Source of the DNA: Actinomycetota bacterium
Lineage (GTDB): Bacteria; Actinomycetota; UBA4738; HRBIN12
Direction of reading: 5' to 3'
NCBI GenBank assembly: GCA_035463715.1
Contig: DATHSY010000073.1
Coordinates: 1-53,844, forward strand
Length of the DNA stretch: 53,844 bases
Shown here one piece after another: positions 45,076-53,844 of this stretch. The position numbers and the translations under genes were made by a program. Position 1 is the stretch's first letter. Every line of letters begins with the position of its first letter. The notes beneath the pieces are model-generated. The model was not told the origin of the DNA. It made no database searches and saw only the letters and a list, made by a program, of their open reading frames with translations.

Positions 45076-46914
45076 ATGGACGTCGCGACGTTCCTGCGTG
45101 GGTACGCACCGTTCGACTCGCTCGACGACGTGCGGTTGGCCAAGGTCGCCGGCAACGTCGAGATCGAGCACTTCGCGCCGGGCCAGACGCTCCTGCGCGA
45201 GGCCGGCGAGCCGGCGCGGTACCTGTACGTCGTCCGCAAGGGCTCGGTCGAGATCCTCGACGACGGGCGCCTGATCGACCTGATGGGCGAGGGCGAGGTG
45301 TTCGGAGCGTGGTCGCTGCTCGGGCGCTTCAGCCCGACCGCGACGGTGCGCGCGCACGAGGACACGCTGTGCTACCTGATCCCGGAGTCGGTCGCGACGG
45401 AGATCCTGGGCACGTCGGCCGGCATCGCGTTCGTGATGCGCAGCCTCCGGCGGCGGATCGTCCGGATCGACGAGGTGTGGCAGGCGGAACGGCCGACCGA
45501 GACCTATCGCGAGGTCGGGTCGCTCGTGCGACGCCCGCCGGTCTTCACGCCCACGACGAGCTCCGTGTCTGAGGCCGCCGCGCGGATGACACAGGAGCGC
45601 GTCTCGAGCCTGCTGATCCACACGCGCGAGGGGCTCGGCATCATCACCGACCGCGACCTGCGCTCGCGCGTCGTGGCCGCCGGCCGGGACGCGTCGACCA
45701 CGCGCGTGGACGAGGTGATGTCGCACCCCGTGTCGACGGTCGCGTCCGATGTGCCGACCGGCGAGGTGCTGCTGCGGATGCTCGAGGGCGGCTTCCACCA
45801 CCTCCCGGTCGTGGACGGTACCGGGCGCGTGACCGGCGTCGTGACCGACACGGACCTGATGGGGCTCGGCCGGCACACGCCGTTCGCGGTGAAGAGCACG
45901 ATCGAACGTGCGCGCACGGTCGACGACGTCGTCGCGGCGGCGCGCGACCTACCGGAGGTCCTCGCGGCGCTCGTCGCGTCGGGCACGGACCCGGTCGACG
46001 CCGGCCACGTCGTCTCGCTCGCGATCGACACGCTGACCCGTAGGCTCCTCGAGCTCGCCGTCGACGAACTGGGCACACCGCCCGTCGCGTGGGCGTGGAT
46101 CGCGCTCGGCAGCGCCGCCCGTCACGAGCAGGCGATCCTCACGGATCAGGACCATGCCCTCGCGTACGAGCCCGGCGGGCGACGGACCGACGAGGTCGAC
46201 CCCTACTTCTCAGCGCTCAGCTCCCGCGTCGTGGACGGCCTGGAGCGAGCCGGGATCCCCCGATGCCTCGGCGACGCGATGGCGACGAACCCCGCGCTCC
46301 GCCGTTCGGTCGAAGGTTGGACGGGGCAGTTCGACGCGTGGATGACCGACCCCGGCCCGGGGAGCATCTTCCTGTCGATCGTGTTCGATTACCGTCGCGT
46401 CGCCGGCCCGCTCGACATCGAGACGCCGCTCGATGCGGTGGTCCGCGCGGCTCGGGGTCGCCCGGCCTTCGTAGGCCAGCTCGCCCGCCGCGCGCTCGAC
46501 GATCGCCCGCCGACCGGGTTCTTCCGCGACCTCGTGGTCGAGGCGCACGGCGACCACGCCGGCCGCGTCGACGTGAAGCGGGGCGGCATCACCATCGTGA
46601 CGAACCTCGCGCGCGCGTACGCGATCTCGCGCGGCGACACCGAACGACGGACGATCGCGCGGCTCCGGGGCGCGGCCGCGGCCGGCACCGTCGACCTCGA
46701 GACGTCCGAGGGGCTCGAGGAGGCGTTCCGGTTCCTATGGGGGGTGCGCCTTCGACACCACGCCGAACGCTGGCGCGCGGGCGAGCCGGTCGACGACCAC
46801 ATCAACCCGGGCGATCTCGGGCCCGTTGCGCGGCACGGCCTGAAGGAGGCCTTCCGCGTGATCGGCCGCGCGCAGCGGCAGCTCGCGACCGACCTGGGCG
46901 TCGCCCTGCGCTGA
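45076..46914 (+). CDS. cyclic-nucleotide-binding + CBS pair + DUF294-type nucleotidyltransferase signalling protein
   Basis: This is the genuine C-terminal 612 aa of the 1645-aa ORF 41977..46914, starting at ATG 45076. It has a cNMP-binding-like beta-barrel (GEPARYLYVVRKGSVEI...GEGEVFG), CBS domains and WIALGSAARHEQAILTDQDHAL. Confidence 0.8.
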   Translation: MDVATFLRGYAPFDSLDDVRLAKVAGNVEIEHFAPGQTLLREAGEPARYLYVVRKGSVEILDDGRLIDLMGEGEVFGAWSLLGRFSPTATVRAHEDTLCYLIPESVATEILGTSAGIAFVMRSLRRRIVRIDEVWQAERPTETYREVGSLVRRPPVFTPTTSSVSEAAARMTQERVSSLLIHTREGLGIITDRDLRSRVVAAGRDASTTRVDEVMSHPVSTVASDVPTGEVLLRMLEGGFHHLPVVDGTGRVTGVVTDTDLMGLGRHTPFAVKSTIERARTVDDVVAAARDLPEVLAALVASGTDPVDAGHVVSLAIDTLTRRLLELAVDELGTPPVAWAWIALGSAARHEQAILTDQDHALAYEPGGRRTDEVDPYFSALSSRVVDGLERAGIPRCLGDAMATNPALRRSVEGWTGQFDAWMTDPGPGSIFLSIVFDYRRVAGPLDIETPLDAVVRAARGRPAFVGQLARRALDDRPPTGFFRDLVVEAHGDHAGRVDVKRGGITIVTNLARAYAISRGDTERRTIARLRGAAAAGTVDLETSEGLEEAFRFLWGVRLRHHAERWRAGEPVDDHINPGDLGPVARHGLKEAFRVIGRAQRQLATDLGVALR

Positions 46915-46916
46915 CC

Positions 46917-47708
46917 TCAGTCGGCCGGCGGGGCTGGCGAGGCCGCGCCGATCGCGTGGTACCCGCCGTCGACGTGGACGATCTCCCCGGTGATGCCCGA
47001 GGCCCAGTCGGAGAGAAGGAACGCGACCGCCCGCGCCACCGGTGCAGGGTCGCCGGTGTCCCAGCCGAGCGGGGCACGCGCGTTCCATCCGTCCGCGATC
47101 TCGGAGAACCCGGGGATCCCCTTCGCCGCGATCGTGCGGAGGGGACCCGCGGACACGCAGTTCACACGGACCCCGTGCGGACCGAGGTCTCGCGCGAGGT
47201 ACCGGGTCACCGCCTCCAGACCCGCCTTGGCGACGCCCATCCAGTCGTACGCAGGCCATGCGACCTGGGCGTCGAAGTCCATCGCCACGATCGCGCCGCC
47301 GCGATCCCTCATCAACGCAAGCAGCTCGACGGCGATCGCCTTCAGCGAGTAGGCGCTCGTCTGGAACGCGACCTGCGCGCTCTCCCACGGCGTCTGCAGG
47401 AAGTTGCCGCCGAGCGCGTCCTGCGGCGCGAACGCGATCGCGTGCAAGAAGCCGTCGATGCTGCCCCATCTCCCTTCGAGATCCTCGCGGACGGCGCTCA
47501 CCTGCGCGGGGTCGTTCGCGTCCATCTCGAGGACGTCGACCGGCTCCGGTAGGCGTTTCGCGCTCTTCTCGGTGAGGCTCATCCCCCGGCCGAACGAGGT
47601 GAGGACGATCTCGGCGCCCTGCTGCTGCACGGTCTCGGCTACCGCGTACGCGATGCTGTCGCGCGTCAGCACGCCGGTGATCAGGAGCCTCTTGCCCTCC
47701 AGCAGCAT
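46917..47708 (-). CDS. fabI: enoyl-[acyl-carrier-protein] reductase (NADH), FabI/InhA type
   Basis: MLLEGKRLLITGV..DSIAY..., ...Y.WMGVAKA.LE... (Tyr/Lys active site), VNCVSAGP.RT. ATG at 47706-47708. Confidence 0.85.
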   Translation of the reverse strand: MLLEGKRLLITGVLTRDSIAYAVAETVQQQGAEIVLTSFGRGMSLTEKSAKRLPEPVDVLEMDANDPAQVSAVREDLEGRWGSIDGFLHAIAFAPQDALGGNFLQTPWESAQVAFQTSAYSLKAIAVELLALMRDRGGAIVAMDFDAQVAWPAYDWMGVAKAGLEAVTRYLARDLGPHGVRVNCVSAGPLRTIAAKGIPGFSEIADGWNARAPLGWDTGDPAPVARAVAFLLSDWASGITGEIVHVDGGYHAIGAASPAPPAD

Positions 47709-47781
47709 CCGCGTTCCCCTTCGGTCGCGCCCGATGCTAACGGCCCGGCGCGGCGGGCGCCTGCGGCGTAGGATTCGACGG

Positions 47782-48051
47782 GTGAAGGGCGACCGCGTCG
47801 AGATCGTCGTCGACACCGGCAACGGCGTACAGGTCTACGAGATCGCCGCCACGAAGGCCGGCCGCCGCGTGGATGTCGCGACGTCGCGCGGCGTCGTGGA
47901 AGTCGCCGAGGTCACCCGCAGCGGCACCGCCGTGCGCACCGGGCGCTTCATGACCTCGCGCGTGATCGCGCTCGTGGAGCACCCCGCCGAGGAGCCGCCC
48001 GGGCGGCGGGGCCGGTCTCGCGCGATGCGCGACCAGGGTTCGCTCATGTAG
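47782..48051 (+). CDS. hypothetical small protein (89 aa)
   Basis: GTG at 47782 within ORF 47404..48051. Strong GC3 bias. No recognisable motif. Confidence 0.4.
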   Translation: MKGDRVEIVVDTGNGVQVYEIAATKAGRRVDVATSRGVVEVAEVTRSGTAVRTGRFMTSRVIALVEHPAEEPPGRRGRSRAMRDQGSLM

Positions 48052-48167
48052 GCGACGCAACGGTTCCGGCTGGGCCCGGCGGGCGTCCGGGCCTGGGCAC
48101 GCGGGCCGTTCGACCCTGATGGCAGCCCCGTGCCGCTGCCACGCTCGGCCCGGACAAGGAGGCCCGC

Positions 48168-48782
48168 GTGCCCAAGCTCGACCTCAAGCGCGCGATGCGA
48201 CGGCTCTATTTCCCCCCCACCGACCAACCGGTGCTGGTGGACGTTCCCGAGATGGCGTTCCTGATGATCGACGGTCGCGGAGGTCCAGGCGAGCCGGCGT
48301 TCGCGCACGCGATGGAAGCGCTCATGTCCGTGTCGTTCTCCGTGAAGTTCGCCGTGAAGCGGCTCGACGCGACGGACGACTTCACGGTGATGCCGGTCGA
48401 GGCGCTCTGGTGGGCGCCGAGGATGCGCGATGACTGGTTCCCGGAGGACCGGTCGCAGTGGCGCTGGACCGCGATGGTCGCGCAGCCGCCGGCCGTGACC
48501 GGCGAGCTCACGCACAAGGCGATCGCCGACGCCGTTGCCAAGCGTGGCCTCCGGGCCGCGAAGAAGCTACGGTTCGAGCCGTTCCGCGAGGGGCTCGCCG
48601 CGCAGGTCATGCACGTCGGGCCGTACGCCGACGAGCGGCCGACGATCGAGAAGCTGCACGCGTTCATCGCGGAGCACGACTACCCCCTCCGGGGCAAGCA
48701 TCATGAGATCTACCTCTCGGATCCGAGGCGCTGCGCGCCGAGCCGGATGAAGACCGTGATCAGGCAGCCCGTGGGTCTGTAG
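48168..48782 (+). CDS. GyrI-like small-molecule-binding domain protein
   Basis: GTG start. ...FLMIDGRGGPGEPAF... and ...MHVGPYADE...HHEIYLSDPRR... are typical of GyrI-like/SOUL-type effector-binding domains. Confidence 0.65.
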   Translation: MPKLDLKRAMRRLYFPPTDQPVLVDVPEMAFLMIDGRGGPGEPAFAHAMEALMSVSFSVKFAVKRLDATDDFTVMPVEALWWAPRMRDDWFPEDRSQWRWTAMVAQPPAVTGELTHKAIADAVAKRGLRAAKKLRFEPFREGLAAQVMHVGPYADERPTIEKLHAFIAEHDYPLRGKHHEIYLSDPRRCAPSRMKTVIRQPVGL

Positions 48783-50184
48783 CGGCGACGGTCGATCTCG
48801 AGCGGCCGGGTCGCACCAGGCGCACAGCCCGCACACCCCACGTGGACCAATCGGGGTCCTGCCCCAGCGCGACGAATGAGATGTAGTTGACGCCCTTCGG
48901 ATGCAACACCCGCCTGGGGATCGCGACCGTACGAGGGTCGCCCCAGTCATGTCCGAGCGTCGGCTCCGCGACGCCGACCCTCGTCCAGTTCACGAGGATC
49001 GAGACCTCGCCTGTTTCCAGGTCGAATGCCTCGTACGACACGCGGTATCGGCCGCGGCGACCGTCCACCCGGAACACGACCTCCTTGGGATGGGTCGTCT
49101 CCTCGTCCGGCACGTTGCCGAGCGGCCCGTCGAACGGCAGCGGCACCGGCAGCGCCGGCCGCTGCACCGGGTTGGGACGGACCAAGCGCAGCGCCTCCCA
49201 CGACTCGCGCGGCGTCAGCGGGAACGTGTAGAACGACGCGCCGATGATCCCGCGCTCGCGGACCGCACGGACGAACCCCGCGGTCTCCTCACGGTTCGCG
49301 CCGATACCTCCGATCACGTGGATCGGCACCGACCGATCGCCCGTCTCGCGGCGGATGATGTCGATGTTCCCCGTTGTGTAGGCGTGTGCGCCATCGCCGC
49401 CGTTCACCCGGAACGTGAAGTACGTCATCGGCAGGATCACGTCGTACAGGCGCGCGAGCCCGCGGTACGGGAACCGGGGCCAGTAGCGGGGGTCGACCTC
49501 CATCCGCAGCGGCGACGGGATGATCGCGCCGAGCGGGTAATGCTCGCCGACGATCCGGCGCAGCCTCTCGGACAGCCGCATCGTGCGGTCGGTCCGCGCC
49601 GACACGCGCACGACCTCCGGCGACTCGATGTCCATCGCGAACGAGTCGAACACGTTGCCGGCCGGCGTGCGGAACCGCACCGCCGCGAGCGACCGCTTGA
49701 GGTCGAGTTCGATGTCGCGGAACCCCGGGAGGTACCACGCCACCGTGCGGATCCCGTGGCGCTCGGCGGCATCGAGGAAGGCGGCCGCCCCCTCCGGGTG
49801 TACGAACGGCCGGCCGCGCGAGTGGTTCGACGTCTGCAGGTACAGCGTCCGGATCCCCCGCGCCGCCATCTTCCGGACGTACGCGCCTGGGTGCTCCCAT
49901 GCGACGTCGTAGATGTCGATCCACGTCCCCAGCCCGCGGTAGACGTCGGTCGTGTCGAGGATCTCTCCGCGGGTGCTTTCCTCGCGGGACGGGGCGTGGA
50001 CGGGGTCGGCGGCGGGTCCAAGCGGATCGCCGCGGGCGCGCGCGGGCCGGCGAGGACGGTCGCCGTCAGGGCGCGCGAACGCGGTCAACGCGATCGCGAT
50101 CAGGGTGATGGCCGCGAGCAGCGCGGCGGCGGCGCGGAAGCTGGTTCGGGACAACGTGGCTCCGAAGGCTACGCCTGCTGTCAA
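48760..50184 (-). CDS. membrane-anchored putative glycoside-hydrolase-like (TIM-barrel) protein with C-terminal beta domain
   Basis: N-terminal TM AAALLAAITLIAIALTAF. The core GLGTWIDIYD...IRTLYLQTS...VAWYLPGF...DSFAMDIE resembles DUF4015-type hydrolase-like proteins. Product assignment is weak. Confidence 0.6.
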   Translation of the reverse strand: MTAGVAFGATLSRTSFRAAAALLAAITLIAIALTAFARPDGDRPRRPARARGDPLGPAADPVHAPSREESTRGEILDTTDVYRGLGTWIDIYDVAWEHPGAYVRKMAARGIRTLYLQTSNHSRGRPFVHPEGAAAFLDAAERHGIRTVAWYLPGFRDIELDLKRSLAAVRFRTPAGNVFDSFAMDIESPEVVRVSARTDRTMRLSERLRRIVGEHYPLGAIIPSPLRMEVDPRYWPRFPYRGLARLYDVILPMTYFTFRVNGGDGAHAYTTGNIDIIRRETGDRSVPIHVIGGIGANREETAGFVRAVRERGIIGASFYTFPLTPRESWEALRLVRPNPVQRPALPVPLPFDGPLGNVPDEETTHPKEVVFRVDGRRGRYRVSYEAFDLETGEVSILVNWTRVGVAEPTLGHDWGDPRTVAIPRRVLHPKGVNYISFVALGQDPDWSTWGVRAVRLVRPGRSRSTVAATDPRAA

Positions 50185-50260
50185 CCCGATCGGGGGACGT
50201 TGGCCCTGCCTCGTTACGGTCCATCGCTCACGACTAGGATGTGTCGGCCGTCAGACAGGG

Positions 50261-51928
50261 GTGCTCGGAGTGAGTGAAGCCGCGGGTGCAGCGCGAGACC
50301 TCGTCGATCGCTACTGGGAAGGGCTGCTCCAGACCGACCCGCTCCTCGGCACGCAGATCGGCGACGAGCGGTTCGACGATACCCTCCCCGACCCAAGCGA
50401 GAAGGGCCTCGCCGCGCGAGAAGTCTTGCACCGCAGCGCGCTCGAGGAGCTCGCGCTCCTGGACCGCCGCCTCGACGACCTGGCGCTCCGGACCTCGCTC
50501 GACATGCTCGAGACGATCGCCAGCCGGGGCCTCGCCGAGATCGAGCACCGGGTGGACCGGCTCCAGGCCGTCAGCCATTTCTGGGGGCCGGCCCAGCTGC
50601 TCGGTGACCTCGGGTCGATCCAGCGCGCTGACACGCCCGAGCGGCTCGAGCGGTACCTCGCGCGCCTGCGGGCCACACCGGCGTTCTACCAGGCGACCTC
50701 AGAGGTGGCGCGGGACGGCCTGGCGGCCGGCGTGGTGGCGCCGAAGGTCGTGGTCGAGCGGACGGCCGCGCAGGTCGAGCGGCTCCTCGCCACCCCCGTG
50801 CACGAGTTCCCCTCACTGATGGCGGTGCCCGAGGAGGACACCGACGGCCGCGGCCGCGTGATCGAGGTGCTCCGCGAGCGCGCGCTGCCCGCCCTCGAAG
50901 GCTACCTCGGGGTGCTACGCGAGTACGTGCCGCACGCCAGCGACACGATCGGCCTGTACGCGCTGCCGGGCGGCGAGGCGATGTACGAGGCGGAGATCCT
51001 GTCGTGGACGACGATGACGCTCGCCGCCCAGCAGGTGCACGACATGGGCGTCGAGGACCTCGAGCAGATCCAGGAGGAGCGCCACCAGGCCGCGAACGCG
51101 CTCGGCGCGGACGACGCGGAGCATGCGGTCGCTCGGCTGAACGAGACCGGCCGCAACACGATCGCGTCGAAGGACGATCTGAAGTCCCTCGCGGAAGATC
51201 AGGTGCGCCGCGGGTGGGAGGTGGCGCCCCGGTTCTTCGGGCACCTGCCGAACCGCAACTGCGAGGTCCGCCTCGTCGAGGAGTACCGCGAGGCCGACAT
51301 GGCGTTCGCCTTCTACCAGCCCGCCTCGGAGGACGAGTCGCGACCCGGCGTCTATTACGTGAACGGCTACGAGCTGTCGAGCCGGCCGCGCCACCACCTG
51401 GCGACGACCACCTACCACGAGGCCAACCCCGGCCACCACTTCCAGATCGCGATCGAGCAGGAGATGGGCGACCGGCCGAACCTTCGCCGGTTCGGAGGGC
51501 TGATGGCCGGCAGCGCGTTCGCCGAGGGATGGGGCCTGTACAGCGAGCGGCTCGCCGACGAGATGGGGCTGTTCGTGGACCAGGCCGAGCGCCTCGGGAT
51601 GCTCGACGCGCAGGCCCACCGCGCGGCCCGGCTGATCGTTGACACGGGGATCCACGCGTTCGGCTGGGACCGCGACCGCGCGATCGCCACGCTCGAAGAG
51701 GCCGGCGTCCCGCACGTCGACGCCCTGATCGAGACCGACCGCTACATCACGCTGCCGGGCCAGGCATTGTCCTACAAGATCGGCCAGTTCGAGATCGAAC
51801 GCGAGCGGGCCGAGGCCGCCAAACGCGACGGCGACGCGTTCTCGCTGTCCGACTTCCACGACCGGCTGCTCGCCCTGGGATCGCTCCCCCTGCCGGCGCT
51901 CCGCCGGGAGCTCGGCACCGCCGACTGA
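50261..51928 (+). CDS. DUF885-family protein (putative metallopeptidase-like)
   Basis: Lies within ORF 49952..51928. Start is GTG at 50261 or 50270. HEANPGHHFQ and FAEGWGLYSE motifs are typical of DUF885. Confidence 0.75.
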   Translation: MLGVSEAAGAARDLVDRYWEGLLQTDPLLGTQIGDERFDDTLPDPSEKGLAAREVLHRSALEELALLDRRLDDLALRTSLDMLETIASRGLAEIEHRVDRLQAVSHFWGPAQLLGDLGSIQRADTPERLERYLARLRATPAFYQATSEVARDGLAAGVVAPKVVVERTAAQVERLLATPVHEFPSLMAVPEEDTDGRGRVIEVLRERALPALEGYLGVLREYVPHASDTIGLYALPGGEAMYEAEILSWTTMTLAAQQVHDMGVEDLEQIQEERHQAANALGADDAEHAVARLNETGRNTIASKDDLKSLAEDQVRRGWEVAPRFFGHLPNRNCEVRLVEEYREADMAFAFYQPASEDESRPGVYYVNGYELSSRPRHHLATTTYHEANPGHHFQIAIEQEMGDRPNLRRFGGLMAGSAFAEGWGLYSERLADEMGLFVDQAERLGMLDAQAHRAARLIVDTGIHAFGWDRDRAIATLEEAGVPHVDALIETDRYITLPGQALSYKIGQFEIERERAEAAKRDGDAFSLSDFHDRLLALGSLPLPALRRELGTAD

Positions 51929-52094
51929 GGGCGACCGGACCACCCGCTCCGGAACTCACGTTCATAGGGGCCCGAACGTCCCCGCCGCCGCGGGCCGCAC
52001 GCCACCCCCGTCCGCGCCTCGCCCGTGCGAATGTGAGCGTGCCCGCCGGGCGCTCGTCCGCGCGCGTGCGGGTTCACCGAGGAGGTGGCGACCG

Positions 52095-53837
52095 ATGACC
52101 ATCACGGATGAGCGGGCCCGCTCCATCGATCACGCGTGGATCCGGGCGTTGGAACGCGGCCAGCCGGCGGCGATCCCCTACCGCGGGGCGGAGCTGCTCG
52201 AGAGCCCGCTGCTCAACAAGGACACCGCGTTCACCGACCACGAGCGCGACGTGTTCGGGCTCCATGGGCTTCTGCCGATGCGCCCGACTTCGATCGAGGA
52301 GCAGGCGACGCTCGAGCTCGAGAAGATCCGACGCAAGGCAGACCAGCTGGAGCAGTTCATCGGGCTGGCCGCTCTCCAGGACCGCAACGAGACCCTGTTC
52401 TACCGGGTGCTGATCGAGAACCTGGAGGAGTTCCTGCCGATCGTGTACACACCGGTCGTCGGCCGCGCATGCCAGGAGTACAGCCACATCCTGCGCCGCC
52501 CCCGCGGGCTCTGGCTGACGCCCGACGACATCGACCGTATCCCCGAGCTGCTGCGCAACGCGCGACACGAGGACGTCCGGCTGATCGTCGTGACGGACAA
52601 CGAGCGGATCCTCGGGCTCGGCGACCAGGGTGCCGGCGGGATGGGCATCCCGGTCGGCAAGCTCGCCCTGTACACGGCCGGGGCGGGGATCTACCCGGCG
52701 CTGACGCTGCCGATCTCGCTCGACGTCGGCACAGACAACCAGGCGCTGCTCGACGATCCCTTCTACCTTGGCTACCGGCAGCCACGCCTACGCGGACAGC
52801 GCTACGACGAGTTCGTCGAGGCGTTCGTCGAGGGCGTGCTCGAAGTGTTCCCGCACGCGGTGCTCCAGTGGGAGGACTTCAAGCAGCACAACGCGATCCG
52901 GCTGCTCGACCGGTACCGCCACCGGATCACGAGCTTCAACGATGACATCCAGGGCACCGCGGCCGTCGTACTGGCCGGGATCTTCGCGGCGCTGCGTGTG
53001 CTGAACGAGCCGATGTCGGCGCAGCGGTTCGTCTTCCTCGGCGCCGGCGCGGCCGGGATCGGGATAGCACGGCTCGTGCGCGCGCACATGAAGCGCGAGG
53101 GCGCGTCGGAGGAGGACGTCCGCCGGGCGATCGTGATGCTCGACTCGAACGGGCTCACGTTCATCGGTCGTGAGCCGCTCGACGACGACAAGGTCGAGTT
53201 CGCATTGGCGCCCGACGTGATGCAGCACTTCCGGTTCGAGGGCGCCGATCGGTACCCGCTCGAGACGGTGATCGAGCGCGTCCGACCGACCATGCTGATC
53301 GGGACCAGCGGCACGCCGGGCGCCTTCACGGAGGGCGCGATCCGCGAGATGGCCAAGCACGTGAAGACGCCGATCGTCTTCCCCCTTTCGAACCCGACGT
53401 CGAAGACCGAGGCGCCGCCGGCCGACATCATCGCGTGGACCGGAGGACGTGCGATCGTCGCAACCGGCAGCCCGTTCGAGCCCGTGACCTTCGATGGCCG
53501 GACCCACGTGATCGGGCAGGCGAACAACGCCTTCTGCTTCCCCGGGATCGGGCTCGGCGTGATCGTCGCCGAGGCACGAGAGATCGTCGACGAGATGTTC
53601 CTGGCGGCGGCCGAGGCGTGCGCCAACAGCGTGAGCGCGGACCGCCTGGAGCGGGGCTCGCTGTACCCGCACCAGTCGGAGCTGAGGGTCGTCTCTCGTC
53701 AGATCGCGGAGCGCGTCGTGGCGGTGGCTCGTGACGGCGGCGTCGGTCGCGTGATCGCCGACGACGACATCCCGGGCGCCGTCGACTCGATGATGTGGTA
53801 CCCGGCCTACGCCCCGTACCGCCCCGTCGAGCTCTAG
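52095..53837 (+). CDS. maeA: NAD(P)-dependent malic enzyme (large, eukaryote-like type)
   Basis: ATG follows GAGGAGG. LLNKDTAFT, VYTPVVG.AC, VVTDNERILGLGDQG, FNDDIQGTAAV, GAGAAGIGIA and FPLSNPTS motifs. 580 aa. Confidence 0.92.
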   Translation: MTITDERARSIDHAWIRALERGQPAAIPYRGAELLESPLLNKDTAFTDHERDVFGLHGLLPMRPTSIEEQATLELEKIRRKADQLEQFIGLAALQDRNETLFYRVLIENLEEFLPIVYTPVVGRACQEYSHILRRPRGLWLTPDDIDRIPELLRNARHEDVRLIVVTDNERILGLGDQGAGGMGIPVGKLALYTAGAGIYPALTLPISLDVGTDNQALLDDPFYLGYRQPRLRGQRYDEFVEAFVEGVLEVFPHAVLQWEDFKQHNAIRLLDRYRHRITSFNDDIQGTAAVVLAGIFAALRVLNEPMSAQRFVFLGAGAAGIGIARLVRAHMKREGASEEDVRRAIVMLDSNGLTFIGREPLDDDKVEFALAPDVMQHFRFEGADRYPLETVIERVRPTMLIGTSGTPGAFTEGAIREMAKHVKTPIVFPLSNPTSKTEAPPADIIAWTGGRAIVATGSPFEPVTFDGRTHVIGQANNAFCFPGIGLGVIVAEAREIVDEMFLAAAEACANSVSADRLERGSLYPHQSELRVVSRQIAERVVAVARDGGVGRVIADDDIPGAVDSMMWYPAYAPYRPVEL

Positions 53838-53844
53838 AGGGAGA

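Noticed and set aside
42311-45109. A 932-aa minus-strand ORF overlapping selD, pfkB and the zinc-ribbon gene
   Set aside because: The translation is Arg/Gly/Asp/Pro-rich with no motifs. It conflicts with three well-supported genes, so it is a shadow ORF.
41977-46914. A 1645-aa plus-strand ORF, the longest in the window
   Set aside because: Only the last 612 aa (from ATG 45076) look like a real protein (cNMP/CBS/DUF294). The first ~1030 aa are Arg/Pro/Gly-rich low-complexity sequence. That part runs antisense to mec and selD and out of frame through pfkB and the zinc-ribbon gene, which have clear motifs. This is a stop-poor shadow frame typical of high-GC DNA.
48760-48782. 23-nt convergent overlap of the GyrI-like gene and the hydrolase-like gene as a possible antisense regulatory arrangement
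   Set aside because: Short 3'-3' overlaps are common in this compact window (for example 21038-21041 and 40616-40635). Nothing else supports a regulatory role.
51929-52094. 166-nt intergenic region upstream of the malic enzyme gene, inspected for a tRNA, sRNA or riboswitch
   Set aside because: No cloverleaf-compatible arms, no T-loop GTTCGAATC-like motif and no strong hairpins. Only a good RBS (GAGGAGG) before the ATG.

Overview
High-GC (roughly 70%) chromosomal segment with Actinomycetota-like gene order. It is densely coding, with many 4-13 nt start/stop overlaps (ATGA/GTGA) and many long Arg/Pro/Gly-rich shadow ORFs on non-coding frames. I saw no rRNA, tRNA, CRISPR array, integrase or transposase. 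All functional calls come from reading motifs in the supplied translations; no database search was possible.

Layout:
(1) 1-14.8 kb is a xylose locus. xylA, a small unknown gene and xylB sit on the minus strand, and xylF/H/G-like ABC transporter genes on the plus strand. A ROK regulator is translationally coupled to three unexpected genes: a PAP2/vanadium-haloperoxidase-like protein, an FG-GAP/ASPIC (CRTAC1-like) protein and a degenerate M24 protein.
(2) 14.8-21 kb holds a UvrD-like helicase with HRDC tail, a secreted BNR/sialidase-like protein, a cupin, and a TetR plus alpha/beta-hydrolase pair with palindromic operators.
(3) 21-24.9 kb is the conserved actinobacterial block rdgB-rph-MBL-murI-cysM.
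(4) 24.9-40.6 kb is an accessory block. It contains a secreted repeat protein, an XRE-cupin regulator plus SDR, and a divergent ~12.8 kb ten-gene operon that is almost completely translationally coupled. That operon encodes a HIBADH-like reductase, bicupin, M24 hydrolase, TPP-dependent E1 alpha/beta without E2, two paralogous amidohydrolases and a CUT2-type ABC importer.
(5) 40.6-43.3 kb encodes cysO-like sulfur carrier, MoeB/ThiF-like E1, Mec-type JAMM protease and selD.
(6) 43.3-53.8 kb holds assorted housekeeping and unknown genes: PfkB kinase, zinc-ribbon membrane protein, cNMP/CBS/DUF294 protein, FabI/InhA-like reductase, GyrI-like protein, membrane-anchored hydrolase-like protein, DUF885-like protein and malic enzyme.

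Most interesting points:
- One ABC permease in block 4 is fused in frame to an amidohydrolase, with a relic RBS and GTG at the junction.
- Block 4 sits exactly between cysO and cysM, which are adjacent in mycobacteria.
- The CysO-like protein carries a 7-aa tail beyond its GG terminus, and that tail overlaps the block's last gene.
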